Assembly: GCA_045561025.1 (NCBI GenBank)
Contig: JBJKYM010000034.1
Span: 27,975 to 91,974 of the forward strand
Reading direction: 5' to 3'
Length of the DNA stretch: 64,000 nt
Source: Candidatus Rariloculaceae bacterium
GTDB lineage: Bacteria; Pseudomonadota; Gammaproteobacteria; Steroidobacterales; Rariloculaceae
Below the pieces are notes generated by a model. It did not search any database. It had not been told where the DNA came from and saw only the letters and a list, made by a program, of their open reading frames with translations. Numbering within the stretch: position 1 is the first letter of the stretch; every line of letters starts with the position of its first letter. This document shows positions 55,951-64,000 of the stretch, piece after piece. The position numbers and the translations under genes were made by a program.

Positions 55951-57347
55951 ATGGTCGAAGCGTTCGCATCGAAAAACTTAGCTCCCGGCACCTCAGAAGC
56001 GCTGCGACTACCGCCACACTCCGTTGAGGCGGAGCAGTCGCTGCTTGGCGGACTGATGATCGACCAGCGAGCCTGGGACCAGGTCGCAGACGCGGTCTCA
56101 GAAGACGACTTTTACCGTCATGATCATCGGCTTGTATTCCAGACGATCGGAACACTGGTTGGGCGTGATCAGCCGGCCGATGCCGTCACAGTTACCGAGC
56201 AGTTGGAGCGCGAGGGTGAGTTGGCCGCGGCAGGCGGCGTAGATTATCTCGCGCAGCTCGTCCAGGAAACTCCAAGCGCCGCCAATATTCGGGCGTATGC
56301 TGAGATCGTTCGGCAGAACGCGATGCTTCGGGAACTCATTGAGGTTGGCGGCGACATTGCGGCGAGCGCTCATGACAGCGAAGGCCGTCCCGTTGCAGAA
56401 CTCGTAGACCTCGCAGAACAGAAGGTCTTCCACATCGCCGAGCCGGTCAGCGCACGGGCCAGGGCTTCCGGCCGCTTAAGGATGTTGTGTCCGGTACGAT
56501 TGACCGGCTCGACGTCCTCAGTCGAACGGATGGCGATATTACGGGCATTCCAACCGGTTTCGCGGAGATGGACGAGAAGACCGCTGGTCTGCAGCGCGGC
56601 GATCTTATTATCGTTGCCGGCCGGCCGTCGATGGGTAAGACATCGCTGGCGATTAATATCGCCGAGAACGCGGCGATCGGCCATCAGATTCCGACTGCGA
56701 TATTCAGTATGGAGATGTCAGCCGAGCAGCTGAGCTTCAGGATGATCGGCTCGATCGGGCGCGTGAACCAGTCTCATCTTCGAACGGGGAACCTGTCAGA
56801 TGACGACTGGCCGCGGATAAACTCCGCTGTCTCGATGATGTCGAATGCACCGATCTTCATCGACGATGCGCCGGCTCTGACGCCAACCGAAGTCCGCGCT
56901 CGCGCAAGAAGGCTGAAGCGCAGGAACAATCTCGGCCTGATCGTTATTGACTACCTTCAACTGATGCAGATATCCGGGACGAACGAGAATCGTGCGACCG
57001 AGATATCCGAGATCTCCCGTTCTCTGAAGGCGCTCGCGAAGGAAATCGATGTTCCGGTAATCGCTTTATCGCAGCTGAATCGAAGTGTGGAGCAGCGGAC
57101 GGACAAGCGGCCGGTCATGTCGGACCTGCGCGAATCCGGTGCAATTGAGCAGGACGCTGACGTGATCTTCTTTATTTATCGTGAAGAGGTTTACGACAAG
57201 GACACACCGCGTAAAGGTGTCGCCGACATAATCATCGGTAAACAACGAAACGGCCCGGTCGGAGAGTTCCACCTGACCTTTATGGGCGAGTTTACGAAGT
57301 TCGAGAATCTCGTCGCCGAAGCTTACGGCGACGGTGTCTACGGCTGA
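55951..57347 (+). CDS. dnaB: replicative DNA helicase DnaB, reading frame interrupted by an apparent 1-nt loss at ~56442
   Basis: The N-terminal domain (PPHSVEAEQSLLGGLM..) runs to ..AEQKVFHIAE. The expected continuation AGQRTGQGFRPLKDVVSGTIDRLD..GRPSMGKTSLA.. is in the adjacent frame from 56442 and runs on to 57347. Confidence 0.9.
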
Positions 57348-57365
57348 TCTTCTCGTCAGACCGAT

Positions 57366-58196
57366 CTAGATCAGAAAGAAGCCCATCTTCACGCCGGCGA
57401 GTTCAATCACGTCATTGTCGGCGAGGCGCCGTGCCTGCGCGCCGATATCCTGGCCATTGACCTGCGGAAACTTGTTCTGTGCACCGCCTTCAATGTGCAC
57501 GATATAGAAACGTTCGGCACGCCGGGTGATGGCCGCCACCTGGATGCTGGGGCTACCGAGCGTCGTTAAAGCCTTCGCGAGTTCCAGTTCTTTGCCGGCG
57601 AAGGTACCTGAAAGTACCTGGAGCTTTGCGCGGGGTAGAACCGGCGCGCTCTGCTGGTCCAGAACCTGTGCAACCTGCTCGGACGAGTAGTCGCCGCCAG
57701 TCGCCTGCGAAGCCGGCGCTGGTGTCGCTGGAACTGCTGGCGCTGCCGGTGCGGCTACAGGTGCCGGTTGTACGGCAGCGGCCGCAGCATTTCTGGAAGC
57801 GGCTTGTTCGATGACTTGCGCGGCCCTGGCGACCTGTTCTTCCATTTGACCTTCAGGCTCGATCACCATGGTCTTCTCGAACTCATCTTCGGCAGTGCTG
57901 ACGTCACCCTGATCGTCGACATAGCGCAGCTGGTGATGGCCGGCGGTTATGACATCGCCGTGTTGCAGCGCGTGCTTCTTGATCAGCTTGCCGTTGACGT
58001 ACGTGCCGTTGGTGCTGTTTAAATCCTCGAGAAAGGAATCGTTCAGGATGTTAATAATCAGCGAGTGGTGACCACTGACGGCCGCATTGTCGACGCGAAT
58101 ATCGTTGTCCGGGAGCCGGCCAACTGTATAGCGCTCCTTGGTCATGTTGTACTCAGCCAGGGTTTGCCCGTCTAAACTGAGGATCAAGCGTGCCAT
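57366..58196 (-). CDS. FHA-domain protein (N-terminal FHA, Ala/Pro linker, C-terminal FHA-like domain)
   Basis: YTVGRLPDNDIRVDNAAVSGHHSLI....LEDLNSTNGTYVNGKLI is a canonical FHA domain. The C-terminal ~90 aa repeat the fold pattern. Confidence 0.8.
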   Translation of the reverse strand: MARLILSLDGQTLAEYNMTKERYTVGRLPDNDIRVDNAAVSGHHSLIINILNDSFLEDLNSTNGTYVNGKLIKKHALQHGDVITAGHHQLRYVDDQGDVSTAEDEFEKTMVIEPEGQMEEQVARAAQVIEQAASRNAAAAAVQPAPVAAPAAPAVPATPAPASQATGGDYSSEQVAQVLDQQSAPVLPRAKLQVLSGTFAGKELELAKALTTLGSPSIQVAAITRRAERFYIVHIEGGAQNKFPQVNGQDIGAQARRLADNDVIELAGVKMGFFLI

Positions 58197-58217
58197 CGTA
58201 AATATCCTGTTTCTAAG

Positions 58218-59042
58218 TTAACCGAAGAAGTGGCGGACCTTGTTGAACAGTCCTGATCCGGCCGGGAACGCGTCCTTGATACGCACAAGAATGACCGAGA
58301 TATTATCCCGGCCACCATTGTCGTTGCTGAGCCTTACTAACTGCTCACCTATTGTCGAGATATTATCGTTGAAGGTACTGATAGTTAAGTGAATATCTTC
58401 GTCTTCAACCATGTCCGGAAGGCCATCCGAGCAGAGTAGATAGTAGTCGTCTTTCTCTGCGTCGACCTCCTGAATTTCGACTTCGACACTCGGTTCGACG
58501 CCGAGTGCACGCGTGACGTAGTTTCGATTGGTCGAACGCTGCGCTTCCTCCTGAGAGTAGAAGCCGCGATCGACTAATTCCTGCAGGAGCGAGTGATCCA
58601 TTGTGATCTGTTCGAAGCGGTTTGACCGCATCCTGTACAGCCTGGAGTCGCCAACGTGTGCAATAGAGACGCGGTTGTCGTATAGCAGACAGGCTACGAG
58701 CGTTGTTCCCATGCCTTCACATTGCGGCTGCGACTGCGCGGTCTGATTGATGATCTTGTTAGCGCGAAGAATGGCGTCTCGAAGCACGATGGTCTGGCGC
58801 ATATAGCCGGTGCTGGTCTCGACAGCCGCACGATCCTCTCGCTCGCAGGCCTCGCGAACCAGGTCAAGAATTGTCTTTACGGCAATACCGCTCGCGACCT
58901 CACCGGCGTTATAACCGCCCATGCCATCCGCCAGCACCCAGAGTCCGATATCCGGGATCGCGCCGATCGAGTCTTCGTTGTGGTCCCTGACCCGGCCGGT
59001 ATCGGTGAGCTCGACGTGATCGAATTTCTTTTTCATGCTCAT
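58218..59042 (-). CDS. PP2C-family Ser/Thr phosphatase
   Basis: ..RDHNEDS....VLADGMGGYNAGEVAS...CSDGL...GGRDNISV motifs. Confidence 0.88.
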   Translation of the reverse strand: MSMKKKFDHVELTDTGRVRDHNEDSIGAIPDIGLWVLADGMGGYNAGEVASGIAVKTILDLVREACEREDRAAVETSTGYMRQTIVLRDAILRANKIINQTAQSQPQCEGMGTTLVACLLYDNRVSIAHVGDSRLYRMRSNRFEQITMDHSLLQELVDRGFYSQEEAQRSTNRNYVTRALGVEPSVEVEIQEVDAEKDDYYLLCSDGLPDMVEDEDIHLTISTFNDNISTIGEQLVRLSNDNGGRDNISVILVRIKDAFPAGSGLFNKVRHFFG

Positions 59043-59067
59043 TTCGGCGTCATCAGTAGCGGAGCGA

Positions 59068-61137
59068 CTAAGCGGCCTGCGCCGCGAGTTGTCGTAAAGC
59101 GTGTGCCAGTTCGGTACCCGAACTGAAGCGGTCTGCCGGTTTCTTCGCCAATGCCTTATCCATTACGGCGTCTATTCCCTCGGGAAGGTCCGACCGAACC
59201 GAAGTCGCCGCCGGATGCGGTTCATTCGCGATAACGAACATCAGTTCCGTGATCGATTCTCCGCGAAAGGGAAGGTGGCCGGTCAGTAGCTGATACAGAG
59301 TGACGCCTAGCGCGAAAAAGTCGGTGTGCCCGTCCACCTTTTCTCCTTCCAGTTGCTCGGGAGACATAAATGACGGTGTCCCAAGTACGATTCCCGTTCG
59401 AGTACGACTGACGTCCATCAACCTCGCGATACCGAAATCGGTCAGTTTCAACGCGTCCGTGCCCGAATCATACATAATATTGGCTGGCTTGATATCCCTG
59501 TGAACGACCTTGTGGCGATGGGCGTATTCAAGGGCTTTAGCTGCCCGCGCCAGTAACTCCAGCGTTGTAGGAACGGGAAGAAGACGGCTGGGCAGGGTGT
59601 GGTCGCTCAAATGTCGACCCCGCAGAAGCTCCATCGCAATATAGGCGACGTTGTTTTCCTCTCCGGTATCGAAGATTGTGACGATGTTCGGGTGACTGAG
59701 TCTTCCCGCCGTTTCGGCCTCTGCCAGAAAGCGTTCTCTGATCTCGTCGATCTCGTCGACCTCAAACTCTTCAGCGAGATCGATTGTCTTGATCGCGACC
59801 TTGCGATTGATCTTCGGGTCTCGACCGAGATACACAAGGCCGGTGGCGCCGCGCCCTATCTTCTTCAATAGTTCGTAGCGCCCCAGCGTCAGAATCGAAT
59901 CATCCGGGACGGTCTCGGGGCTGGGCGAGTCGTCGATGTCGTTTCGCGGATCCGTCGATCGACGCTTCAGCGCGGCCGAATCGTCAACCTTTTCAGGGTC
60001 GCCAGGTTCCGGCGCGGCCGCTGGTTGTTGCTCCGCTGTCGTGGCAACTGCAGCCGGCTTCGCGGCGACGGTGCCCCTCGCAGCCATCACGAAGTCTGTT
60101 GCGGGTGAAGGCTCCTCTGCTAGGTCGGTAGCGACGCCACTGCGTCCCCTCCGCGCCCAGATGCTGCAGGCGCCACCCACCAGCGCGAGTAGTACAGGGC
60201 CTGCGATGGGATACCACAGCGATTCAGAGAAGAAGGCACCGGCTCCGCCCGCCAATAGCACGATTGAGCCGAGGACCGGGAGGATCGCATTCCAGGCCAG
60301 GCTCAGAGGAAGCGCGACGACAAGCACCAGCAACAGGCCGGAGAGGGTCCAGACGACGGCGCTGTTCTCTGCCGTCATGGTGGTGATAGTGCTATCCAGC
60401 CAATAACCGGCAAACTGCTGCGCTAGCAGTTCCTGGACTGTTAGCGCGCCGACCGGTGTCGCGTAGCGCCTCGTATTCTCCTGCCCGACGATAACGATTT
60501 TTCCGGCGAGTAGCGATGGGTCGGAGAGTATCTGCGCGCGTGTGGCTGAGTGGAAGCTGGCCGGGTCGAAGAAGCGAATCCAGCGCCGTCCCTGGGTGTC
60601 GACGCTCAGCGGAGCGCTAAGCGCGACGATATCGGATTGTTGTGGCGCGGATGGGTCAGCGCGCTGCAGCGCGATGCTTCCGGCCAATGCCAGCGACGGT
60701 ACGGCCGCACCACTGCCTACCAGAGGCCGCTCGTGTCGAATCACGCCGTCGAAGTCAGGCTGTAGCCAGAGATAACCCCCGCGCTCCCAATCCGTCTCTC
60801 GCAGCAGCTGTGCCCCGGCCGGGGCGACCGCTACGGGTCCCAGTTCGAGAGCACCGGAGTAGTTGGCCGTGGGGGCAGCCAGTGAGCTCATCGACAGGCG
60901 CGCCCCTTGTTGTCGGGCAATTCGCGCCAGATCTGTGAACCAGGCCGGATTATCAATGTTGACGACGATGATCTCATCGGGCGCTTGTGGTGCTGCCGTT
61001 CGTGTCCACCAGTCGTACAGGACGCGATCCGCCCGCTGTACCGCATCCAGTGGCGGCAAGCTGAGAGCGCCAATGGCAAGTACGCCTGCGAGGACGGCCA
61101 GGCCGAGAGACGGGTGAGTTGTCGTATTGCCATTCAT
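59068..61137 (-). CDS. CHASE2 sensor-domain Ser/Thr protein kinase
   Basis: N-terminal periplasmic CHASE2-like region, three TM helices, Ala/Pro linker, and a Hanks kinase domain (GRGATGLVYLG..VAIK, HRDIKPANIM, DFGIA, SPEQ). Confidence 0.88.
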   Translation of the reverse strand: MNGNTTTHPSLGLAVLAGVLAIGALSLPPLDAVQRADRVLYDWWTRTAAPQAPDEIIVVNIDNPAWFTDLARIARQQGARLSMSSLAAPTANYSGALELGPVAVAPAGAQLLRETDWERGGYLWLQPDFDGVIRHERPLVGSGAAVPSLALAGSIALQRADPSAPQQSDIVALSAPLSVDTQGRRWIRFFDPASFHSATRAQILSDPSLLAGKIVIVGQENTRRYATPVGALTVQELLAQQFAGYWLDSTITTMTAENSAVVWTLSGLLLVLVVALPLSLAWNAILPVLGSIVLLAGGAGAFFSESLWYPIAGPVLLALVGGACSIWARRGRSGVATDLAEEPSPATDFVMAARGTVAAKPAAVATTAEQQPAAAPEPGDPEKVDDSAALKRRSTDPRNDIDDSPSPETVPDDSILTLGRYELLKKIGRGATGLVYLGRDPKINRKVAIKTIDLAEEFEVDEIDEIRERFLAEAETAGRLSHPNIVTIFDTGEENNVAYIAMELLRGRHLSDHTLPSRLLPVPTTLELLARAAKALEYAHRHKVVHRDIKPANIMYDSGTDALKLTDFGIARLMDVSRTRTGIVLGTPSFMSPEQLEGEKVDGHTDFFALGVTLYQLLTGHLPFRGESITELMFVIANEPHPAATSVRSDLPEGIDAVMDKALAKKPADRFSSGTELAHALRQLAAQAA

Positions 61138-61277
61138 AGTTCGGATCGCCAGGACGGAAAGTATGCCAGCGCCGCGTCTTATGCCGTGTGAACTAGAGCA
61201 GGTTTCGCACGGAGAATCCCAATACTTTCGCCGTTCTGAGGCCGAGTTCTGACGTCAGCAGGTGATATCCTAGGTCT

Positions 61278-62633
61278 ATGGCGAAGACAAAGCGGATTTA
61301 CCTATGCGACGGCTGTGGAGCGCAGCACCTGAAATGGCAGGGCCAGTGCCCCGACTGCGGCGCATGGAATGCGCTCTCGGAGACCCGCGAATCGAGCCGC
61401 GGAAAGCCTGCGAGAAGCTTTGCCGGCGCCGAATCGCCAATGATGCGGCTTGATCAGCTGGATATTACCGATGTCGAACGCATGGAAAGCGGCCTGGCCG
61501 AACTCGACCGCGTTCTGGGCGGCGGCCTGGTTCCGGGCGCGGTCGTGTTGATCGGAGGCGATCCGGGCATCGGTAAGTCGACGCTTTTGTTGAGCGCAGT
61601 TGCCAAAATTAGCGCCAATCGCTCGGCCTGCTATGTCACGGGTGAGGAATCCCTGGATCAGATTGGTCTCCGGGCCGAGCGGCTTTCGGTCAGTGAGGCG
61701 GCAGTCGATCTTCTGGCCGAGACCAACGTAGAGACGATCGTCGGCCGGCTCGAGGCGGCACCACCGGCTTTTCTGGTCATCGACTCCATTCAGACGCTGT
61801 ACAGCGACCAGCTCGAATCGGCTCCCGGCTCGGTCAGCCAGCTCCGCGAGTGTGCGGCGCAGCTCGTGCGTTTCGCGAAGAGCCATGGCGTTGCGACAGT
61901 GCTCGTGGGGCATGTGACCAAGGAAGGGACATTGGCTGGCCCGCGCGTGCTGGAACACATGGTCGACACGGTGCTGTATTTCCAGAGCGACCTCGGAAGT
62001 CGTTTCCGGATCATCAGGGCAGTGAAGAACCGCTTCGGTGCCGCCAACGAACTCGGCTTCTTTGTCATGAGCGAGCAGGGATTTAAGGAGGTTAAGAATC
62101 CATCGGCAATTTTTCTTGCGAGGCGCACGTCGCCCGTTCCCGGGAGTGTCACGCTGGTAACCCGGGAGAGTACGCGGCCGTTACTCGTCGAGGTTCAGGC
62201 ACTTGTCGATCAGAATGCCGGGAGTCATCCGCGTCGGGTTGCCCAGGGGCTAGACTCTCAGCGGCTCGGGCTACTCCTTGCGGTGCTGCATCGGCACTGC
62301 GGCATCGCCGTAGGGGACAGTGATGTCTTCGCTAACGTCGTTGGCGGCTTGAAGATCGCCGAAACGGCAGCCGATTTGCCCGTGACGCTGGCTCTACTTT
62401 CCAGTTTTCGTGAGCGCGCGCTCCCCGACGATCTGGTCGCGTTCGGTGAGATCGGACTGACCGGCGAAGTTCGACCGATACCATTCGGCGAAGAACGATT
62501 GGCCGAAGCGCGCAAGCACGGTTTTACCCGCGCTCTGGTTGCCCGCGGTAATAAACCTCAGCAACCGATTGAAGGGATGGAAGTTATCGCCGTCGACCGT
62601 CTGAGCCAGGCGCTCGAAGTGGCTTTCTCGTAG
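61278..62633 (+). CDS. radA: DNA repair protein RadA
   Basis: Zn finger CDGCGAQHLKWQGQCPDCGAWN, Walker A GDPGIGKST, KNRFG motif, Lon-like C-terminus. Confidence 0.94.
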   Translation: MAKTKRIYLCDGCGAQHLKWQGQCPDCGAWNALSETRESSRGKPARSFAGAESPMMRLDQLDITDVERMESGLAELDRVLGGGLVPGAVVLIGGDPGIGKSTLLLSAVAKISANRSACYVTGEESLDQIGLRAERLSVSEAAVDLLAETNVETIVGRLEAAPPAFLVIDSIQTLYSDQLESAPGSVSQLRECAAQLVRFAKSHGVATVLVGHVTKEGTLAGPRVLEHMVDTVLYFQSDLGSRFRIIRAVKNRFGAANELGFFVMSEQGFKEVKNPSAIFLARRTSPVPGSVTLVTRESTRPLLVEVQALVDQNAGSHPRRVAQGLDSQRLGLLLAVLHRHCGIAVGDSDVFANVVGGLKIAETAADLPVTLALLSSFRERALPDDLVAFGEIGLTGEVRPIPFGEERLAEARKHGFTRALVARGNKPQQPIEGMEVIAVDRLSQALEVAFS

Positions 62634-62667
62634 CTGCTGCTGTCCGTCAGCGACCGGGTTGTGATTG

Positions 62668-63969
62668 CTACGAGGCTTCGGCAGCTTCGTTCGGTATCAG
62701 CACGCGAACCTTCTTGATCGCGTGCTCTGTGGTATCGAGAATTTCTATCGGGTACAGGGCTACGGTCAGGCCGGTCCCGGTCTTGGGTATAGTCTCGAGT
62801 TGTTCGACGATCAACCCGTTCAGCGTTTTCGGACCATCCGTCGGCAGATTCCAGTTCATCAGACGATTCAACTGCCGGATGTTGGAGCCCGCGTCGATTA
62901 CGTAGCTGCTATCGCTCTCCCGCAGAATCTCCGGGCCGTCCTCATCCGGGTCGGAACCGAATTCGCCGACGATCTCGCGCACGATGTCTTCGGTGGTCAC
63001 GAGTCCCTGGACATCGCCGTATTCGTCGACAACCAGCGCGACCCGATGCTTTAGTCGCTGAAAGCTCGCGAGTTGGATGTGCAGCGGGGTACCTTCGGGG
63101 ACGTAGTAGGGCTCTGCCGTTTTCTCGAGTAGCAGGTTTTCGATCAGTGTTCCCTTGGCGAGATAGTCGAGTATATTTTTCAGGCGAACAATACCAACGA
63201 TATCGTCGATATCTCCGCGAAAGACCGGCAGCCGGCTGAACCGGCTCCTGCGAATGACTTCAAGGTTGTCTTCCCAGGGTTCGTCGAGGTCTATCGCATC
63301 GATCTCCTGGCGTGAAACCATGACGTCGTCCACCGTCACATCTTCCAGGTCCAGAATACTGAGCAGCATGCGCTGATGCCGGTCCGGTATCAGCGCACTC
63401 GCTTCCGTCACAACCGTGCGAAGCTCGGCTGCGCTCAGGTCGTGGCTGCTATTGTTGTCGTCACGTACGCCGAGCAACCACAGGAGACCGTTGGCCATCA
63501 GGTTGATCAGCCACACCAGCGGATAGGCGACCTTCATCAACGGGTAGTAGATCAGCGCGGCGGGCAGCGCGAGCCTGGATGGATTTCTGGCTGCAATAGT
63601 TTTGGGCGCAACTTCGGCGAAGATCAATACCACGAACGTCAGGATCAGCGTACCGACGAAGATTGCCGCTTCGCCGCCGAGTCTTATGGATATCACGGTC
63701 ACCAGTGCCGCTGCCGCGAGGTTGACGGCATTGTTACCGAGCAGGATAAGACCAATCAGTCGTTCGGGTTGCTGGAGGAGGCTCTCGGTCAGCTTGGCAG
63801 AGCGCAGGCCAGACCTAGCCCGATGCCGCAACCTGTAGCGGTTGAGGCGCATGAGGGCGGTTTCCGTGCTAGAGAAGAACGCCGAGAGAAAGAGCAGAAC
63901 GATGAGAAGGGCGAATAATAGCCCTAAGGGAACGTCGTCACTCAAGTACGGTGACCCTCCTGTTACCAA
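62668..63969 (-). CDS. CNNM(DUF21)-CBS-CorC_HlyC transporter-associated family protein
   Basis: Four N-terminal TM helices (DUF21), a CBS pair, and the C-terminal CorC/HlyC domain. Confidence 0.85.
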   Translation of the reverse strand: MVTGGSPYLSDDVPLGLLFALLIVLLFLSAFFSSTETALMRLNRYRLRHRARSGLRSAKLTESLLQQPERLIGLILLGNNAVNLAAAALVTVISIRLGGEAAIFVGTLILTFVVLIFAEVAPKTIAARNPSRLALPAALIYYPLMKVAYPLVWLINLMANGLLWLLGVRDDNNSSHDLSAAELRTVVTEASALIPDRHQRMLLSILDLEDVTVDDVMVSRQEIDAIDLDEPWEDNLEVIRRSRFSRLPVFRGDIDDIVGIVRLKNILDYLAKGTLIENLLLEKTAEPYYVPEGTPLHIQLASFQRLKHRVALVVDEYGDVQGLVTTEDIVREIVGEFGSDPDEDGPEILRESDSSYVIDAGSNIRQLNRLMNWNLPTDGPKTLNGLIVEQLETIPKTGTGLTVALYPIEILDTTEHAIKKVRVLIPNEAAEAS

Positions 63970-64000
63970 AGATGGCTGTAGAGTGGACGAAGGCTGGAGC

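Overview
This is a 64-kb segment of a GC-rich gammaproteobacterial chromosome. Most of it is conserved housekeeping synteny: lptG (partial) and an RDD gene; tRNA-Glu(CUC) next to pcnB, a deoxynucleoside kinase, panB and panC; queG divergent from nnr-tsaE-amiB-mutL-miaA-hfq-hflX-hflK-hflC-DUF2065-purA; tRNA-Leu(CAG) next to rnr-rlmB-rpsF-rpsR-membrane protein-rplI-dnaB; a CHASE2 Ser/Thr kinase-PP2C-FHA operon; radA; and a CNNM/CorC transporter. Two accessory stretches stand out. (1) A visibly lower-GC, gene-poor, decayed islet (about 9.8-12.9 kb) abuts the 3' end of tRNA-Glu and holds gene remnants plus a tiny three-gene membrane-peptide operon. (2) A ~17-kb block (33.2-50.2 kb) sits between purA/MltD-like and tRNA-Leu-rnr and encodes mostly exported proteins of poorly characterised families. 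It contains a duplicated module of PAL-like NHL propeller + alpha/beta-hydrolase + DUF6152 (predicted mature N-terminus His-His), an LVIVD-repeat protein, a 7-bladed FG-GAP lipoprotein, a third NHL protein and tandem DUF1554/endostatin-like proteins. This block is my best candidate for an undescribed extracytoplasmic system, and its function is unknown. Several reading frames are broken: mutL, dnaB and the LVIVD gene start are shifted at short G-runs, and an MBL hydrolase and a cNMP-GGDEF gene carry in-frame TAG codons plus frameshifts. Because essential dnaB is affected, sequencing or assembly error must be excluded before any biological reading. I saw no CRISPR array, rRNA, intact transposase or integrase, or prophage genes. 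All homology calls come from reading the translations by eye and from memory of the families; no searches were run.
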